DNA from: Eledone cirrhosa
Lineage: Eukaryota
Direction: 5' to 3'
NCBI GenBank assembly: GCA_964016885.1
Contig: OZ024757.1
Location: 31,000,001 to 31,064,000 of the forward strand
Length of the DNA stretch: 64,000 nt
Both the position numbers and the translations under genes were made by a program. The notes under the pieces were generated by a model, which was given only the letters and a program-made list of their open reading frames with translations, was not told the DNA's origin and ran no database searches. Below, piece after piece: positions 44,208 to 60,329 of this stretch. Every line of letters begins with the position of its first letter. Within the stretch, counting starts at the first letter, position 1.

Positions 44208-44372
44208 GTATCTATGTATATATATGTATATATATGTATATATGTATATATATATATATGTGTATCTATGTATATATTTATATATATGTGTATCTATGTA
44301 TATATATATATATGTGTATCTATGTATATATTTATATATATGTGTATCTATGTATATATGTATATATGTATA

Positions 44373-44415
<43 letters not shown>

Positions 44416-44480
44416 GTATATATATGTATATATATGTATATATATATATATATATGTATATATATGTATATATGTATATA

Positions 44481-44564
<84 letters not shown>

Positions 44565-44641
44565 TTGCAAGGTTTTTGATATAAATCGTGTGTCGAAAAA
44601 AATACTTGGGTAGGGTCAATTACAATAATTTGACCCTCCCC

Positions 44642-44688
<47 letters not shown>

Positions 44689-44919
44689 CCTTATCGAGCC
44701 CTTTAGTTTGCACATTTATTATTACAATATATATATATACACACTTTAACAGCATTCTAATATTTGTTTCTACTATTCGCACAAGGCCAGCAATTATCCC
44801 AGTGTATTACTGGTACTTTATTTTATCGACCCCGTAAGGATGAAAGGCAAAGTTAACCTCAACGGGATAATATTGCCTGTTCATGTAATCAACGTGTGTA
44901 TACATATTTTTGGGACACC

Positions 44920-44965
<46 letters not shown>

Positions 44966-45002
44966 CTGGCAATATTATAACAATATGACCCTCCCCAAAT
45001 AT

Positions 45003-45059
<57 letters not shown>

Positions 45060-45063
45060 TATA

Positions 45064-45105
<42 letters not shown>

Positions 45106-45218
45106 TATATATTTATATGTGTGTGTGTGTACCAGCATTTAACCTCTTCTTTTTACAATTGACACATAAATGCATACATACATACATACATACATACATA
45201 CATACATACATACATACA

Positions 45219-45250
<32 letters not shown>

Positions 45251-45394
45251 CATACATACATACACACATATATGTATATATATACATACCTATATACATA
45301 TATATATATATACCTATATACATATATATATATACCTATATACATATTATGAAATACTGTTGGCTTCTTGCTCACAATAATTTCTATACTTTTC

Positions 45395-45587
<193 letters not shown>

Positions 45588-46033
45588 TATAAATATATAC
45601 ACACACACACAGATATATATATATATATATATGGCTGCAGTCAATTGACTGACACCAGTAAAAAAAGAAGTGTGTGTGTGTATATATATATGTATTGGTT
45701 GCTATGCATCTATATATGTGTTCATGTATAAACATGTGTGTGTGTCTGTGTGTTATTTAAGCACTATGGAGGAATCCCCCGTTACTCTAACAGAAGTACA
45801 ACAAGCGATTTATACCAAGTTGATGTAATACCCTTTCACACACATAAACATATACACATCACATACATACACACACACTCACGCACTCACAGACAAACAC
45901 ATAAACACACACAGACACACATACACATATATACAAACACAAACACATATGTACACACATTTCATTATATTAACACACACACATATGTTCACACATGACA
46001 TTATATACATATATATGTATGTATATATGCATA

Positions 46034-46072
<39 letters not shown>

Positions 46073-46264
46073 CAAAAGATACACACGTATATAGGTATGT
46101 ATGTGTACACACTGACATACACACACATATACATACACAGAGACACACATATGTGTGTGCATCTCTACACAATTTACATATATACATATATATAGATATA
46201 GATATAAACACAACAAAAGATACACACGTATATATATATATATGTACACACACACACACACATA

Positions 46265-46330
<66 letters not shown>

Positions 46331-46922
46331 TATACAGTTACACAGAACACATGCTTATGAGCTTGTGTACTCATATATATACATTCATAAATTTAGAAAT
46401 ACACACACATGTTGTATATATGTATATATATACATACATATAACTACATATGTATATACATACATATATATAGATATTTATCTATGTATACATATATATA
46501 TATATATGTGCGTGTGCGTGTATGTGTGTCATAGATTATATATATATATATATGTATGTGTGTGTGAGTGTATACTTATAAATCTATGCACGCATGTGTG
46601 TGTATATACATGTGTGTATATATACATGTATGTTTATAACAAGACATGTGAATAAATACTGTGTAAAGAAACAAAAAATAATTATAAAAAAACAGTCTGT
46701 CCACTTACTCGTCTGTTGTTTGTATATCCATCACAGAGTGTATATATATATATATGTGTGTATATATATATATGTATATATTTGTGTATATATATATATA
46801 TATATATGTGTGTATATATATGTATGTGTATAAATATGTATGTGTATATATATGTATGTATATATGTGTATATATATATGTGTATGTGCGTGTGTATATA
46901 TATATATGTGTGTATGTGTATT

Positions 46923-46959
<37 letters not shown>

Positions 46960-46982
46960 ATTTATATCTATATATATATTTA

Positions 46983-47013
<31 letters not shown>

Positions 47014-47122
47014 GTGTGTATTTACGTATGCATAGGTATATGTATGCGTATATATATATATATTTATATATGCATGTGTAGTGTATATGTATGTGTGTAT
47101 GTGTATATATATGTGTATGTGC

Positions 47123-47200
<78 letters not shown>

Positions 47201-47354
47201 ATGTATGTGTGTATGTGTGTGCGTGAGAGAGAGAGAGTGAGTGAGTGAGTGTGTGTGTGTGTGTGTCTGTGTGTGTGTGTGTGCTAGTATTTCTACTCGT
47301 TATTGTCCGGTTTGACTTGTGAAATTAAACATCTCTCTGCCTCTACATTACAAT

Positions 47355-47401
47355 AACACCATCGCCACCACCATCATCATCATCACCACCATCGCCACCG
47401 C

Positions 47402-47447
<46 letters not shown>

Positions 47448-48097
47448 ATCGCCGTCATCGCCGTCATCGTCTCCAGTGTCAGCTTATAACATTGTTGTCA
47501 TCTCACCGGCATCTCCCCCGGATTGGTTCCACTCGTCGTCACCACCGGTAGACGGCGTTGTCGTCGTCGTAGTCGTAGTCATCACTAGCGTCATCGTGTA
47601 GTTGTAGTAGTAGCAGCAGCAGCAGCAGTTGTAGTAGTAGCAGCAGCAGCAGTAGTAGTAGTAGCAGCAGCAGTAGCTGTACTACCACCACCACAACCAC
47701 CACCACCACCACCACAGCTACTCATCATCACCACAGTCGCCATCGTCATCATGTAGTAGTGGTAGCAGCAGTAGCAGTAGCAGTAGTAGCAGTAGTAGTA
47801 GTAGTAGTAGTAGTAGTAGCAACAGTAGTAGTAGTAGTAGCAACAGTAGTAGTGGTAGCAGTAGTAGTAGTAGTAGTAGTAGCAGCAACAGTAGTGTTAG
47901 CAATAGTAGTAGTAGTGGTAGTAGTAGTAGTAGTAGTAGTAGTAGCAACAGTAGTAGTGGTAGCAGTAGTAGCAGTAGTAGTAGTAGTAGTAGTAGTAGC
48001 AGCAACAGTAGTGTTAGTAGTAGTAGCAGTAGTAGTAGTGGTAGTAGTAGTAGTAGTAGTAGTAGCAGCAACAGTAGTGTTAGCAGTAGTAGTAGTG

Positions 48098-48134
<37 letters not shown>

Positions 48135-48946
48135 CAGCAACAGTAGTGTTAGCAGTAGTAGTAGCAGTAGTAGTAGTAGTAGTAGCAGCAACAGTAGTGT
48201 TAGCAGCAGTAGTAGTAGTAATAGTAGTAGTAACAGTAGTGTTAGCAGTAGCAGTAGTAGTAGTAGTAGTAGTAGTAGTAGCAGCAGCAACAGTCGTAGT
48301 AGTATCAGCTGCAGTACCGCTATCACTACTACCACCACCACCACCACCACCACCACCTCACACCAATGGCATTGCTGTTACCATCACCTCCGTCATCATC
48401 ATCATTATGTAGCAGTAGTAGTAGAAGTATCACCACCACCTCCACCACCACTACAGCCACCACCACCACCACCACCACTACCATCACTACAACCACCACC
48501 ACCACCACCACTACCACTACCATTACTACAACCACCACCACCACCACTACAAACACCACCACCACTACCACCACCACCACCACTACCACCATCACTACAA
48601 CCACCACCACCACCACCACTACAACCACCACTACCACCACTACCATCACTACAACCACCACCACCACCACCACCACTACAACCACCACCACTACCACTAC
48701 CGCCACCATTACCGCCACCACTACCACCACCATCACTACAACCACCACCACCACTACAACTACCACCACCACTACATACCACCACCACCACTACAACCAC
48801 CACCACCACTACAACCACCACCACCACTACATACCACCACTACCACCACCACCACCACCACCATTACCACCACCACTACAACCACCACCACCACTACAAT
48901 CATCATCATCGTCATCCTACTGTGGTAGTAGTAGTAGAAATAATAA

Positions 48947-48977
<31 letters not shown>

Positions 48978-49661
48978 TGGAGAAATAGTAGCAGTAGTAG
49001 TAGTAGTAGTAATAGAAATAGTACTACATCAGCCATACCACCACCATTGTCAAATAGACTACTACTACTACTAACACTACTACTACTACTAACACTACTA
49101 CTACTACATAGAACAGATGCAGTAACAACTGCCGGAACAGCAGCAACACCACCACCACCACCACCACCACACCACCACCACCATACCACCATACCACCAC
49201 CACTACCACCACACCACCACCACTACCACCACACCACCACTACCACCACACCACCACCACTACAACCACACCACCACCACCACTACCACCACACCACCAC
49301 CACCACACCACCACCACTACCACCACACCACCACCACTACCACCACACCACCACCACCACGACCACCACCACCACCACGACACCACCACCACGACGACCA
49401 CCACCATCACTACCACCACACCACTTCCACCACCACCACTACCACCACCATCACCACCACACCACCACACCACCACCACCACCAATACCACCACCACACC
49501 ACCACACCACCGCCAAACAATACAACTGTAGCAGCAGCAACAGCAATGATGATGGCACGTACTGTAAAGGGAAACAGCGTTAGTAGTGGCGGTAGTAGTA
49601 GTAGTGGTGGTGGTGGTAGTGATGATGGTGGTAGTAGTAGTGGTAGTAGTAGAAGTGGTCC

Positions 49662-49693
<32 letters not shown>

Positions 49694-49712
49694 CAACAAT
49701 AACAACAACAAC
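47355..49712. repeat. Mixed trinucleotide tracts (CAT/CGT, GTA/GCA, CCA/CTA)
   Basis: Direct reading. Confidence 0.95.
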
Positions 49713-49822
49713 TGTAAGGTTTGTTGTTTCTTCCGAAATAAAATTGATGAGGGAAATACACAAATACATGACTGATTGATTTTATGAATTCACACACACA
49801 CACAGACACACACACACACACA

Positions 49823-49861
<39 letters not shown>

Positions 49862-50005
49862 ACACACACACATATATATATAATATATATATATAAATAT
49901 AGACAAATATACACACACATATACATATATACACATATAGGCACACACACACATACACAAGTATATATACAAACATATACATACACACACACACCATATA
50001 TATAT

Positions 50006-50497
<492 letters not shown>

Positions 50498-50516
50498 TTA
50501 TATATATATTTATATA

Positions 50517-50569
<53 letters not shown>

Positions 50570-50604
50570 GTATATATATATATATATATACATATATTTA
50601 TATA

Positions 50605-50641
<37 letters not shown>

Positions 50642-50752
50642 GTATATATGTATATATATATATATGTATATATGTATATATATATATATATATATATACA
50701 CACAAGCATGCATACATTCATACATACACATATTCATGTACACACACACACG

Positions 50753-50834
<82 letters not shown>

Positions 50835-51025
50835 GCACATAGAGAGAGAGAGTGAATGAGAAGGAAGGAAGGAGGTATTTAAACAAACATGCACATGTCT
50901 ACATGACACATGCACATGTCTGCATGACACATGCATGTGTACATGCAGACATGTGCATGTATGCAAATTTATGTATTTATATTCACATATACGTGTATGT
51001 AAGGATGAATATGTGTATATATATC

Positions 51026-51066
<41 letters not shown>

Positions 51067-51469
51067 TATACATGTATGTATGTATGTAATTACAAATATA
51101 TATGTATGTATGTATGTAATATATGTATGTATGTATATATATATGTACATACGTATGTATGTATGTATGTATGTATGTATGTATGTACGTATGTATGTAA
51201 TTACAAATATATATGTACATATATATGTATGTATGTAATTACAAATATATATATATATATATATATTCTGTACACACGTATTTATATATAAGTATATATA
51301 TATATATATATAAATATATATATACATATATATATATATATAAATATATATATACTTATATATATGTATATATATACATATATATATAAATATATATAAA
51401 TATATATATATAAATATATATATATAAATATATATATACATATATATATATGTATATATATATATATGC

Positions 51470-51570
<101 letters not shown>

Positions 51571-51584
51571 TACACACATACACA

Positions 51585-51632
<48 letters not shown>

Positions 51633-51664
51633 CACATACACACAAAGACAGACATATATATATT

Positions 51665-51726
<62 letters not shown>

Positions 51727-52074
51727 TATATTTATATGTAACAGCACCATCTTTCACGGCAGCCATGGAAGCCGGTTTATCCTTGTTGTCTTTTAAATCG
51801 GTCTCTCTATTACAGTTCCTGCAAGTCTTCTCTTTTATTTTAACCATCTATAATAACATCTATATAGATACGCGTGCGCGCGCATGTGTGTGTAGGCGCG
51901 TGACTTAGTGGTTAGAATACTGGGGCTTATAACCGTGAGGTTCTAAGTTCGATTTCCTGACCGGGTAGTGCGTTTAGTTCTTGAGCAAGACACTTTATTC
52001 TAACCAACTTTAATATATATATATATTTTGTTATACTTTGGGAGGGTCATGTTGCCAATAAGAAACACACGTAC

Positions 52075-52990
52075 CATATATATATATATATAAAACAGAA
52101 GATGTCTGTCTGTCTGTGTAAATCCCTAAAACTCGAGAAGTACTCGACCGATTTTTTTCAAACTTTACACATGCGTACTTATATTTCTTGAAGTGCAATG
52201 GGCTAAAAATTAGTTGAAATGGGCCCGCATTAGGCGAACACACCCGCATTTTAAAAGCCATTTTTAGGCTTTTTTGAGGCGTAACTTAAAGATAACTTAA
52301 AGATAATCCAGCCGATTTCCTCGAAATTTGCAGCACATTAATTAGTCCCCTCGCATAGCTGTGGACAAACAAGAATTTCCGATTCCATTAATGGTTTCTA
52401 GGAAATTTACGAATTAGCATTGGACATGACATGCCATTTTCAATATAAATGCTACTTAAACATCGTAAGTAGTGTATAATATTTCGTTAAAAATTTGGTT
52501 TATTTAACAGAGGACACAACACTAACTTACTTTTAAGCAGGACCATTTTCGGGGGATTGAAGAAATGAGGAGGACCTTAAAATTTTTGTCGGCGCCCTGT
52601 TGGCGCTTCGTGCTTTCATCACGCGCAAATCCGAGTCCTGTGTACGTTGCCGTGTTATTGACACCGTAAAACTCACGTCTGTGCTACTTCTACTAAGACC
52701 CCTTTTGTTGCACCTACACCGCAGTATCAACTCCCTGCGCAAGTCCGCCGGACAGCGGTTGTGCTAATTCCGCGGTGACCCCTTTTGTCGCACCTTTGTT
52801 GCTGTGTAAACGCAGTGCAACCAGTGCCGCCCAGCGTTTTTGCTAATTGCACTGTGACTCCCTTCTGATGCAGCTGCGTTGCCACGCTGCTTTCGTCATT
52901 TCAGTATCCCTACTTAAACGTACATCCCTACTTGGTTTTCACACAATTGACTACGTCAATGCATACAGAGAGCATTTAGTGTATTTCTAG
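52075..52990 (+). mobile_element. Probable non-autonomous Helitron
   Basis: 5' TATATAAAA..(TGTC)n start, block shared with 26419, CTAG|T at 52987-52991; 3' hairpin unclear. Confidence 0.55.
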
Positions 52991-53117
52991 TGTCTATATA
53001 ATGTATATATAGTGTATAAAAGTCTATAAAAAGTGTATAGTTCAGATCTAGCTGTCGAAACGGGTGGAGCTCAACCGTCGGGGTCCTGACTCTTTTCATA
53101 TATATATATATATATTT

Positions 53118-53965
53118 CTAGGGCGGGTAAAATTCCCGAGATCCATGGACGAGTTCTCTCCAGCGGTCTCTGTCCCTCATTATCGCTGCCATGTCCTGCA
53201 TCTCCAACAGACCAGTATCTGTCCTTAGGGCATCAACATACGTTAACCTTGGTCTTCCTCTTCCAGTGTGTCCATGTAGGGGCTCCCACAGGAGCACTGC
53301 GTGCAGTGTCAACTCTGGATGTCGGTGAACATGTCCAGCTAACCTCAGTCTCCTCTGTGTCACTTTTGAGCTGACTTTTGGGAGGCTCCCATACAGCTCT
53401 GACTTTTTCATCCTCAGTGTATACTGATTAATGTTCAGAGCCATCCTCAGCATTCTTGTGTAGCACCCATCCACCATCTGAGTGAGTTTCTTGGTCAGTG
53501 TCCAAGTCTCAGACCCGTACAGCAGCACAGACTCCACTACAGCAATGAAGAGGCGGATTTTCAGGTCTTTACGAAGGTCCGACTTCCAAACCCATCTCAA
53601 GCTGTAGCACGCCGCCCAGGCCTTGCTCTTCCTCTCAACCACATCATATTCCGTATTCCCAATCTTTGCTCCCAAATACAGGAAGTCCTCAACCAATTCT
53701 AGCGGCTTCCTGCCTACATCAGTGATCCCCTCTGGCTTCTCAACATTCTCTACCAAATATTTTGTTTTAGTTTCATTCATTCTCAGCCCCACACTCATCG
53801 ACACAGTCTCAACCTCCTGCATCAAATCCTCTGCCCCCTTCACTGTATTTGTCACCAAAACTATATCGTCGGCAAATTCAGCATCCGATATCTTTTTCGC
53901 CTTAACTCGCCTGCTCTGGGCCGGTGCTACAGTAAAGCCAGAGTCCTGGTGTTTCTCCAGTGCAA
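53118..53965 (-). mobile_element. RTE LINE, 5'-truncated, open RT C-terminal frame
   Basis: FADD at 53865-53876, GLRMNETKTK, FLYLG, VLLYGSETW and RGRP, with no stops. Confidence 0.93.
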
Positions 53966-54069
53966 TATATATATATATAGTGCATATGCATTGTGTATAT
54001 ACAGTGCATATATACTGTATATATGAGCTGCACTAATAGTGTTGTCAAACTGTATCAGCCTTAGTATAT

Positions 54070-54736
54070 ATCATGGGACCAGCACTACCAATATACAGAA
54101 TGTAGTGGGTGCATTTTATTGTGGAACCAGCACTACCAGTTTACAGAGTGTACTCGATGCATTTTATCGTAGCTCGCACCAAAACCACCACTTAACAGTG
54201 TGTGCTGGGCACATTTTATCGTGGCACCAATACCACCACTTCACTTAGTGGACTGGGTGCATTTTATTCTGGAACCAACACCACCACTTTACAGATTGTA
54301 CTGTGTACATTTTATCACGTCACCAACACTACTACTTTCTATAATGTACTGGGTGGGTGCATTTTATCGTGGCACCAACGTTACCACTTTACTTAGTGGA
54401 CTGGGTGCATTTTATTTTGGCACCAGAACCACCTCTTTACAGAGTGTACTGAGTTCATTTTATATTGGCACCAGCACCCCCATTTAACAGAGTGTATTAA
54501 TTGCATTTTATTCTGGCACCAGCACCCACACCACTTTACAGAGTGTACTAGATGCATTCCATCGTGGCACCAGCACCACCACAACCATTTTACAGAGTGT
54601 ACTGAGTGCATTTTATATTGGCACCAGCACCACCACTTAACAGACTGTATTGAGTGCATTTTATTCTGGCACCAGCACCACCACCACCACTTTACAGAGT
54701 GTACTGGGTACATTTTATCGTGACACCAGCACCACC
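54070..54736. repeat. Diverged 45-50 bp minisatellite
   Basis: GTGCATTTTAT..TGGCACCAGCACCACCACTTTACAGAGTGTACTG about 13 times. Confidence 0.88.
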
Positions 54737-55562
54737 CCTGGGCACACTCATTAGATTTGTACAGTCAATATTTGAAATTATCAACAAGTAAACCGAACTA
54801 TTAATTGTTTTGTTATTATCTTTAGTGTTATTTGTTGCAAGCCTTTGTTATTTGTTTTGCATTTTTTTTCTTAAATATATTTCTAGAATCTTCTTGTGGT
54901 TTCTAAACTTCTAATTGGTCTTTTCATTGACATTGTATATCTTCAGGGCAGCAGTGTTAAATATAATCTATAGACATTCATTATTTCTGTCTAACACATA
55001 TGTTTCACCACATAAACATGTGTTTCATTAATGTCTAACTAATTTGATATTACAATATCAAGATTGCTCACTGAAGGCATACCAAAAATACATAAGTGGC
55101 AAACAAATAGATAAACCAACAATGCGTTGTTCTTTTGCCATCTTGTTGGTCAAGTGATATTTCGTCTTTTCATTCATTCGTGCATTTTTTTGATAAAATA
55201 AAGTACCAGTAATACACTGGGATATTTGCTGGCCTTGTGCCAAATATAGAAACAATTATTATTTTTTTCATTTTTTTCGGGGTGGGGGGGGATTGTATGT
55301 AGTTGTGAAATCACCTGATGTTGTGGTGAGGATGCTTGACTCACAGTTTTAAGGTGATGGATTCGATTCTTGGCCCGGGCCGGACGACGCGTTGTGTCCT
55401 TGAGCAAGACACTTTATTTCACGTTGCTCCACTTCATTCAGTCGAGGAAAAAAATGAGTTGCACTTGTAATATTAAAAAAAGCCATCCTTGTTACACACA
55501 TACACGCACTCACACACTCACACACATACACACACGTGTGTGTGTGTATATATATATTTATA

Positions 55563-55765
55563 TAGGAAAAGACCCACGACCCCGACGGCTGAGTTCCATC
55601 CATTTTGACAGCTAGATCCGAACGTTCGGATCTAACTGTCGAAACGGGTGGAGCTCAGCCGTCGGCGTCCTGACTCTTTTCCTATTATCTACTCTACTAC
55701 CCTAAGTATTGAGTACTCTGGTGCGTTTGGGTCCACCTGGTATCTTACCACACCCTCTTTGTTAT
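55563..55765 (+). mobile_element. Family B fold-back (variant; solo arm at 53040-53100)
   Basis: Centre GATCCGAACGTTCGGATC; tail CTCTACTACC..GTATTGAGTAC. Confidence 0.82.
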
Positions 55766-56036
55766 ATGCATATATATGTGTGTGTGTGTGTCTAAGACTA
55801 GACTAAAATAACAGTATTTCGGTCATATTACACTTTAAATAGCTCAGATAATATATATATAGGCTAAAAAACTATAATTTATAGAACGTCATTTTCCAAA
55901 AATTATATTTAGGTATTAATAGTAAACATTGTAAGACAAAAATAACTTTTAAAATAAAAATATAATTTCACTTACAAACTCGTTCTTATACTGCAGTATT
56001 GTTTGACAAAGATATAGATACTAATTAAGATAATTA

Positions 56037-56209
56037 CCGTATATCTCGGCGTCGAAGACGCTACTTTTTCCCTAAAAAAAAAATCTAAAAAAATCTACCA
56101 TGCGTCCTGGAGACCAAAGGTTGTTTATTGTTTTGTTTTTCAAATTTTTGGTTGTGAAAATTAGGGTGAGTCCTCGAGGACGAAGCGTGTCCGTCGCCGG
56201 GAAATACGG
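56037..56209. mobile_element. pogo/Tigger-type MITE
   Basis: TIR CCGTATATCTCGGCG / CGCCGGGAAATACGG, TA on both sides. Confidence 0.75.
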
Positions 56210-56371
56210 TAATTAATAAATTAAGACGGCGTGAACTCATTAGTAAACAGCGTCCTAAACCATACCTTATGGTTTTTATAAGAAAATTTATGTGAAATAT
56301 CTTCTGATGTTACATGTCGAGGCAGCAAAAATACATACTAATATCATAAATAAAATTCTGTGTGCTTTTAG

Positions 56372-56417
<46 letters not shown>

Positions 56418-56494
56418 ATGTATGTATGTATGTATGTATGTATGTATGTATGTATGTATGTATGTATGTATGTATGTATGTATGTATGTATGTC

Positions 56495-57105
56495 AGTCAG
56501 TTAGGTCACCACTTGGTGCTACTGGTAACATGTATCCCTGTACAACCTGTCTCATGGTCGGGTCGTTGGCGACTAAACTGGGAACCCCACCAAGGTTTCT
56601 TGGTGAGGAGGGTGACTTTGGACATCCTGCAGGACTAAAAACAAAACCTGTCAAAGGGCAAATGAGCTCGTAAGAGTCAATGGCCATCCAAAATCACCGG
56701 GAGAGATGACCCCTTAGGCTTTGTCAAGCCAGAATTCTAGGAGAAGCAAAACTCTGATATAACACCTGCAAACCTGATGGTATCCAATGATTTGTTCTAC
56801 TTTTTGGTAAATATCATCTTGGTTAAGAGAGTGGGACTGGCTTTGTGCAGTGCCTTTGCTCACTATAAAAGCTTCACGGCACAGGCATTGCTTTATATCT
56901 GGAGATCTCTCTGCACTTGTCGTCACATGGTACCATGCGCCCAGCACTATGTGTCAGTAATTGTCACAAGTATAGTGTTTGTATCAGAGTTTTCAAGTCG
57001 CTGGCTGGACTAAAAAGTCACACTCGTTCAGCGCATCGGTAGGGGTTCTCCTACATGGATATAAAGTAGTGGCCGTACTCGAAAGCGAGTTGGCAGCCAC
57101 CATGT
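56495..57105 (+). mobile_element. Bipartite non-autonomous RTE-derived element
   Basis: RTE 5' UTR-like CTAGGAGAAG.AAAACTCTGA, 3' zinc-finger-like remnant [17 protein letters not shown], (TATG)n tail. Confidence 0.6.
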
Positions 57106-57234
57106 ATGTTTGTATGTATGTGTGTATGTGTATGTGTGTGTGTGTGTGTCTGTGTGTGTGTGTGTGTGTGTACGTATGTATGTATGTATGTATATATATA
57201 TATATGTGTGTGTGTATATGTATGTGTATGTATG

Positions 57235-57281
<47 letters not shown>

Positions 57282-57616
57282 ATATATATATATATATATA
57301 CACATATACATACATGTACCCGTTACTACTTACTCCGTCAGTACAGTTTGGTAGCAACAGTAATAGATCAATGTATTACACGTTTAGTTTTGTGTGTGTT
57401 TTGGTACCTGTGTTTATTTATTTATTTATTTATTCATTTAATTATTCATTAATTAATTCATTTATTTATTTATGTATTTATTTATTTAATCATTTATTTA
57501 TTTATTTATTAGTTATTGATGACTTGAAGGTGTTTGTAAGAGGACAAAAGAGACAAAATCGTTTGTTGGTAGTAGATAGGTATTGTGTATGTGTGTGTGG
57601 TCGTGTATATATATGT

Positions 57617-57649
<33 letters not shown>

Positions 57650-58074
57650 CCTGGTGTATGTGTGTGTGTGTGTGTTTGTGCATGTGTCTTTGTGCATTTG
57701 TGGGGTGTTGGTGCTGGGGGGAGATGATGAAACTATTGGGAGAAAGGTATTTAGAACTTAATAGTGTGAGCTATTGATACATTAGACAATAAGTAAGGCA
57801 CGGCAGCAGATATGAGGTATGGTGGGAGAGAGAGAGAGAGAGAGAGAGCGTGAGAGGGGGAAAGATAGAAAGCTGTTATGGAGGATAGGAGAGAGAGAGA
57901 GAGAGGGAGAGCGAGCGTGAGAGAGGGAAAGATAGAAAGCTGTTATGGAGGATAGGAGAGCGAGCGTGAGAGAGGGATAGATAGAAAGCTGTTATGGAGG
58001 ATAGGAGAGAGAGAGAAAGAGAGAGAGAGGGAGAGCGAGCGTGAGAGAGGGATAGATAGAAAGCTGTTATGGAG

Positions 58075-58128
<54 letters not shown>

Positions 58129-58133
<5 letters not shown>

Positions 58134-58783
58134 AAAGAAAAAAGGAAGTTAATATCGACGCAGGAACCGCGGAGAACTATAATAAATACTTGGTTACACG
58201 ATAGGGTTAATAACAACAATAACTATAATAATTGTTTCTACTTTAGGCACAAGGCCAGCAATTACCCAGTGCATTACTGGTACCTTATTTTAACGACCCC
58301 GTAAGGATGAAAGGCAAAGTCAACCTCGGCGGGATTTGAACTCAGATCGTAAAGGGACGTAACTATGCTGGAAAGCATGGCGTCCGACCCTCCACCGATA
58401 CTGCCAATCCACCAATGATAATAATTTCATTTATTAGCCACAAGGGCCGATATGTAGGGGACAATACTGATAAAATAAAGTACCAGTAATGCACTGGGTA
58501 ATTGCTGGTCTTGTGCCTAAAGTAGAAACAATTACGTTATAATGATAATGATTTCTTTGTTGGCCACACGGGCTGGCATGTAATGTTTTTCTTGATGTCA
58601 GCCCTTGTGGCCAATAAAGAAATCATTATCATTATAACTATTATCATTATAACTATTATAATTATCATTATTATAGTTATTGTTGTTATTGTTGTTATTA
58701 ACCCTATCGTGTAACCAAGTATTTATTATAGTTCTCCGCGGTTCCTGCGTCTATATTAACTTCCTTTTCTCTTTTCTTCTCTC
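58129..58783. repeat. Nested inverted repeats
   Basis: Outer arms about 58129-58225 / 58680-58783; inner inverted SINE2 tails and inverted L1 tails. Confidence 0.85.
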
Positions 58784-58897
58784 CCTATAACATAATGGGA
58801 AGAAAACTGCAATGAAAGAAATATATTTAGGAAGGAACATTTCTTGAGGTCGAACCGAGTGCTTTATTCTTCTTTTAAGATTGATAGGACTATACAC

Positions 58898-58943
<46 letters not shown>

Positions 58944-59319
58944 CATATATATATAATAGGCATATATATATATATATATATACATATATGTATATCGAGA
59001 TATTTGGATATATAACGAAGGACTAAAGGGCTTCTGTGAAGTTAGATAATGTAACAACAATTCACTCCATGAACAATATATATATATATATATGTATGTA
59101 TATATATATATGTATGTATATATATATATGTATGTATATGCGTGTGTGTGTGCATAATGTACTTAATCAAAGGCTTCCTGTTGCGTTACATAAGATAGAT
59201 ATGAGTAAACTACACATACAAATGAGTACATTAGACGTACGAACGACTCCATCTATAGACTTCTTCAGCCACCACCTGAAATGCAGTTTCGAGTACATAC
59301 ACACACACACACACACACA

Positions 59320-59351
<32 letters not shown>

Positions 59352-59381
59352 TCCATTCCCTCTGTGTCTTTGTTTCTTCCC

Positions 59382-59419
<38 letters not shown>

Positions 59420-59659
59420 TATATATGTATATATCTAAGCATTTGGAGTCAACGATCATCCAAAAATGTGTAAATAACGGTGTGGATAGAACTCATTAGC
59501 CTTGGTTAGTTGTTAGTATAGGGCAGAGATTCGCACCCCCCCCCCATCACGGCCGCGTAATAAACGCTATTTCCAAAGAGAGCTGTCTACACGCAAATTT
59601 AAATGATATATAATAAATAAAATCGTTAATCTGTATATAATGACTAATATAATATATAC

Positions 59660-60020
59660 TTGTTTCTACTTTTGGCACAAGGCCAGCAATTACCCAGTTC
59701 ATTACTGGTACTTTGTTTTATCGACCCCGTAAGGATGAAAGGCAAAGTTAACCTCGGCGGGATTTGAACTCAGATCGTAAAGGGACGTAACTATGCTGGA
59801 AAGCATGGCGTCCGACCCTCTACCGATACTGCCAATCCACCGCCCTTTATAATTGTTTCTACTTTAGGCACAAGGCCAGCAATTACCCAGTGCATTACTG
59901 GTACTTTATTTTATCGATCCCGTAAGGATGAAAGGCAAAGTTAACCGCGGCAGGATTTGAACTCAGACCGTAAAGGGACGTAACTATGCTGGAAAGCATG
60001 GCGTCCGACTCTCTACTGAT
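59660..60020 (-). mobile_element. SINE2 head-to-tail dimer
   Basis: Two consecutive near-full copies. Confidence 0.9.
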
Positions 60021-60098
60021 ATAATATATACTAATATAATATATACTATGAATAAATAAATAAATATATATTTTTATTTTACTATATATATATATATA

Positions 60099-60234
60099 GT
60101 CCAGAAATAGCCGTCGAAACGGCTTGAGCTCTGCCGTCGGGGTTAAACTTTTTCCTATTACCCACTCTACTACACTAAGTATTGAGTACTCTGGTGAGTT
60201 ATGGTCCATCTGGTTCCTTACCACACCTCCTTCG

Positions 60235-60238
<4 letters not shown>
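60099..60238 (+). mobile_element. Family B solo unit (no inverted arm)
   Basis: Near-identical to 14645-14780. Confidence 0.85.
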
Positions 60239-60296
<58 letters not shown>

Positions 60297-60329
60297 GCAT
60301 CATTTGATATTGAATATACTATATCATGT

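Noticed and set aside
51735-51850. Possible minus-strand exon [15 protein letters not shown]...
   Set aside because: Acceptor-like AG but no good donor and no recognisable homology.
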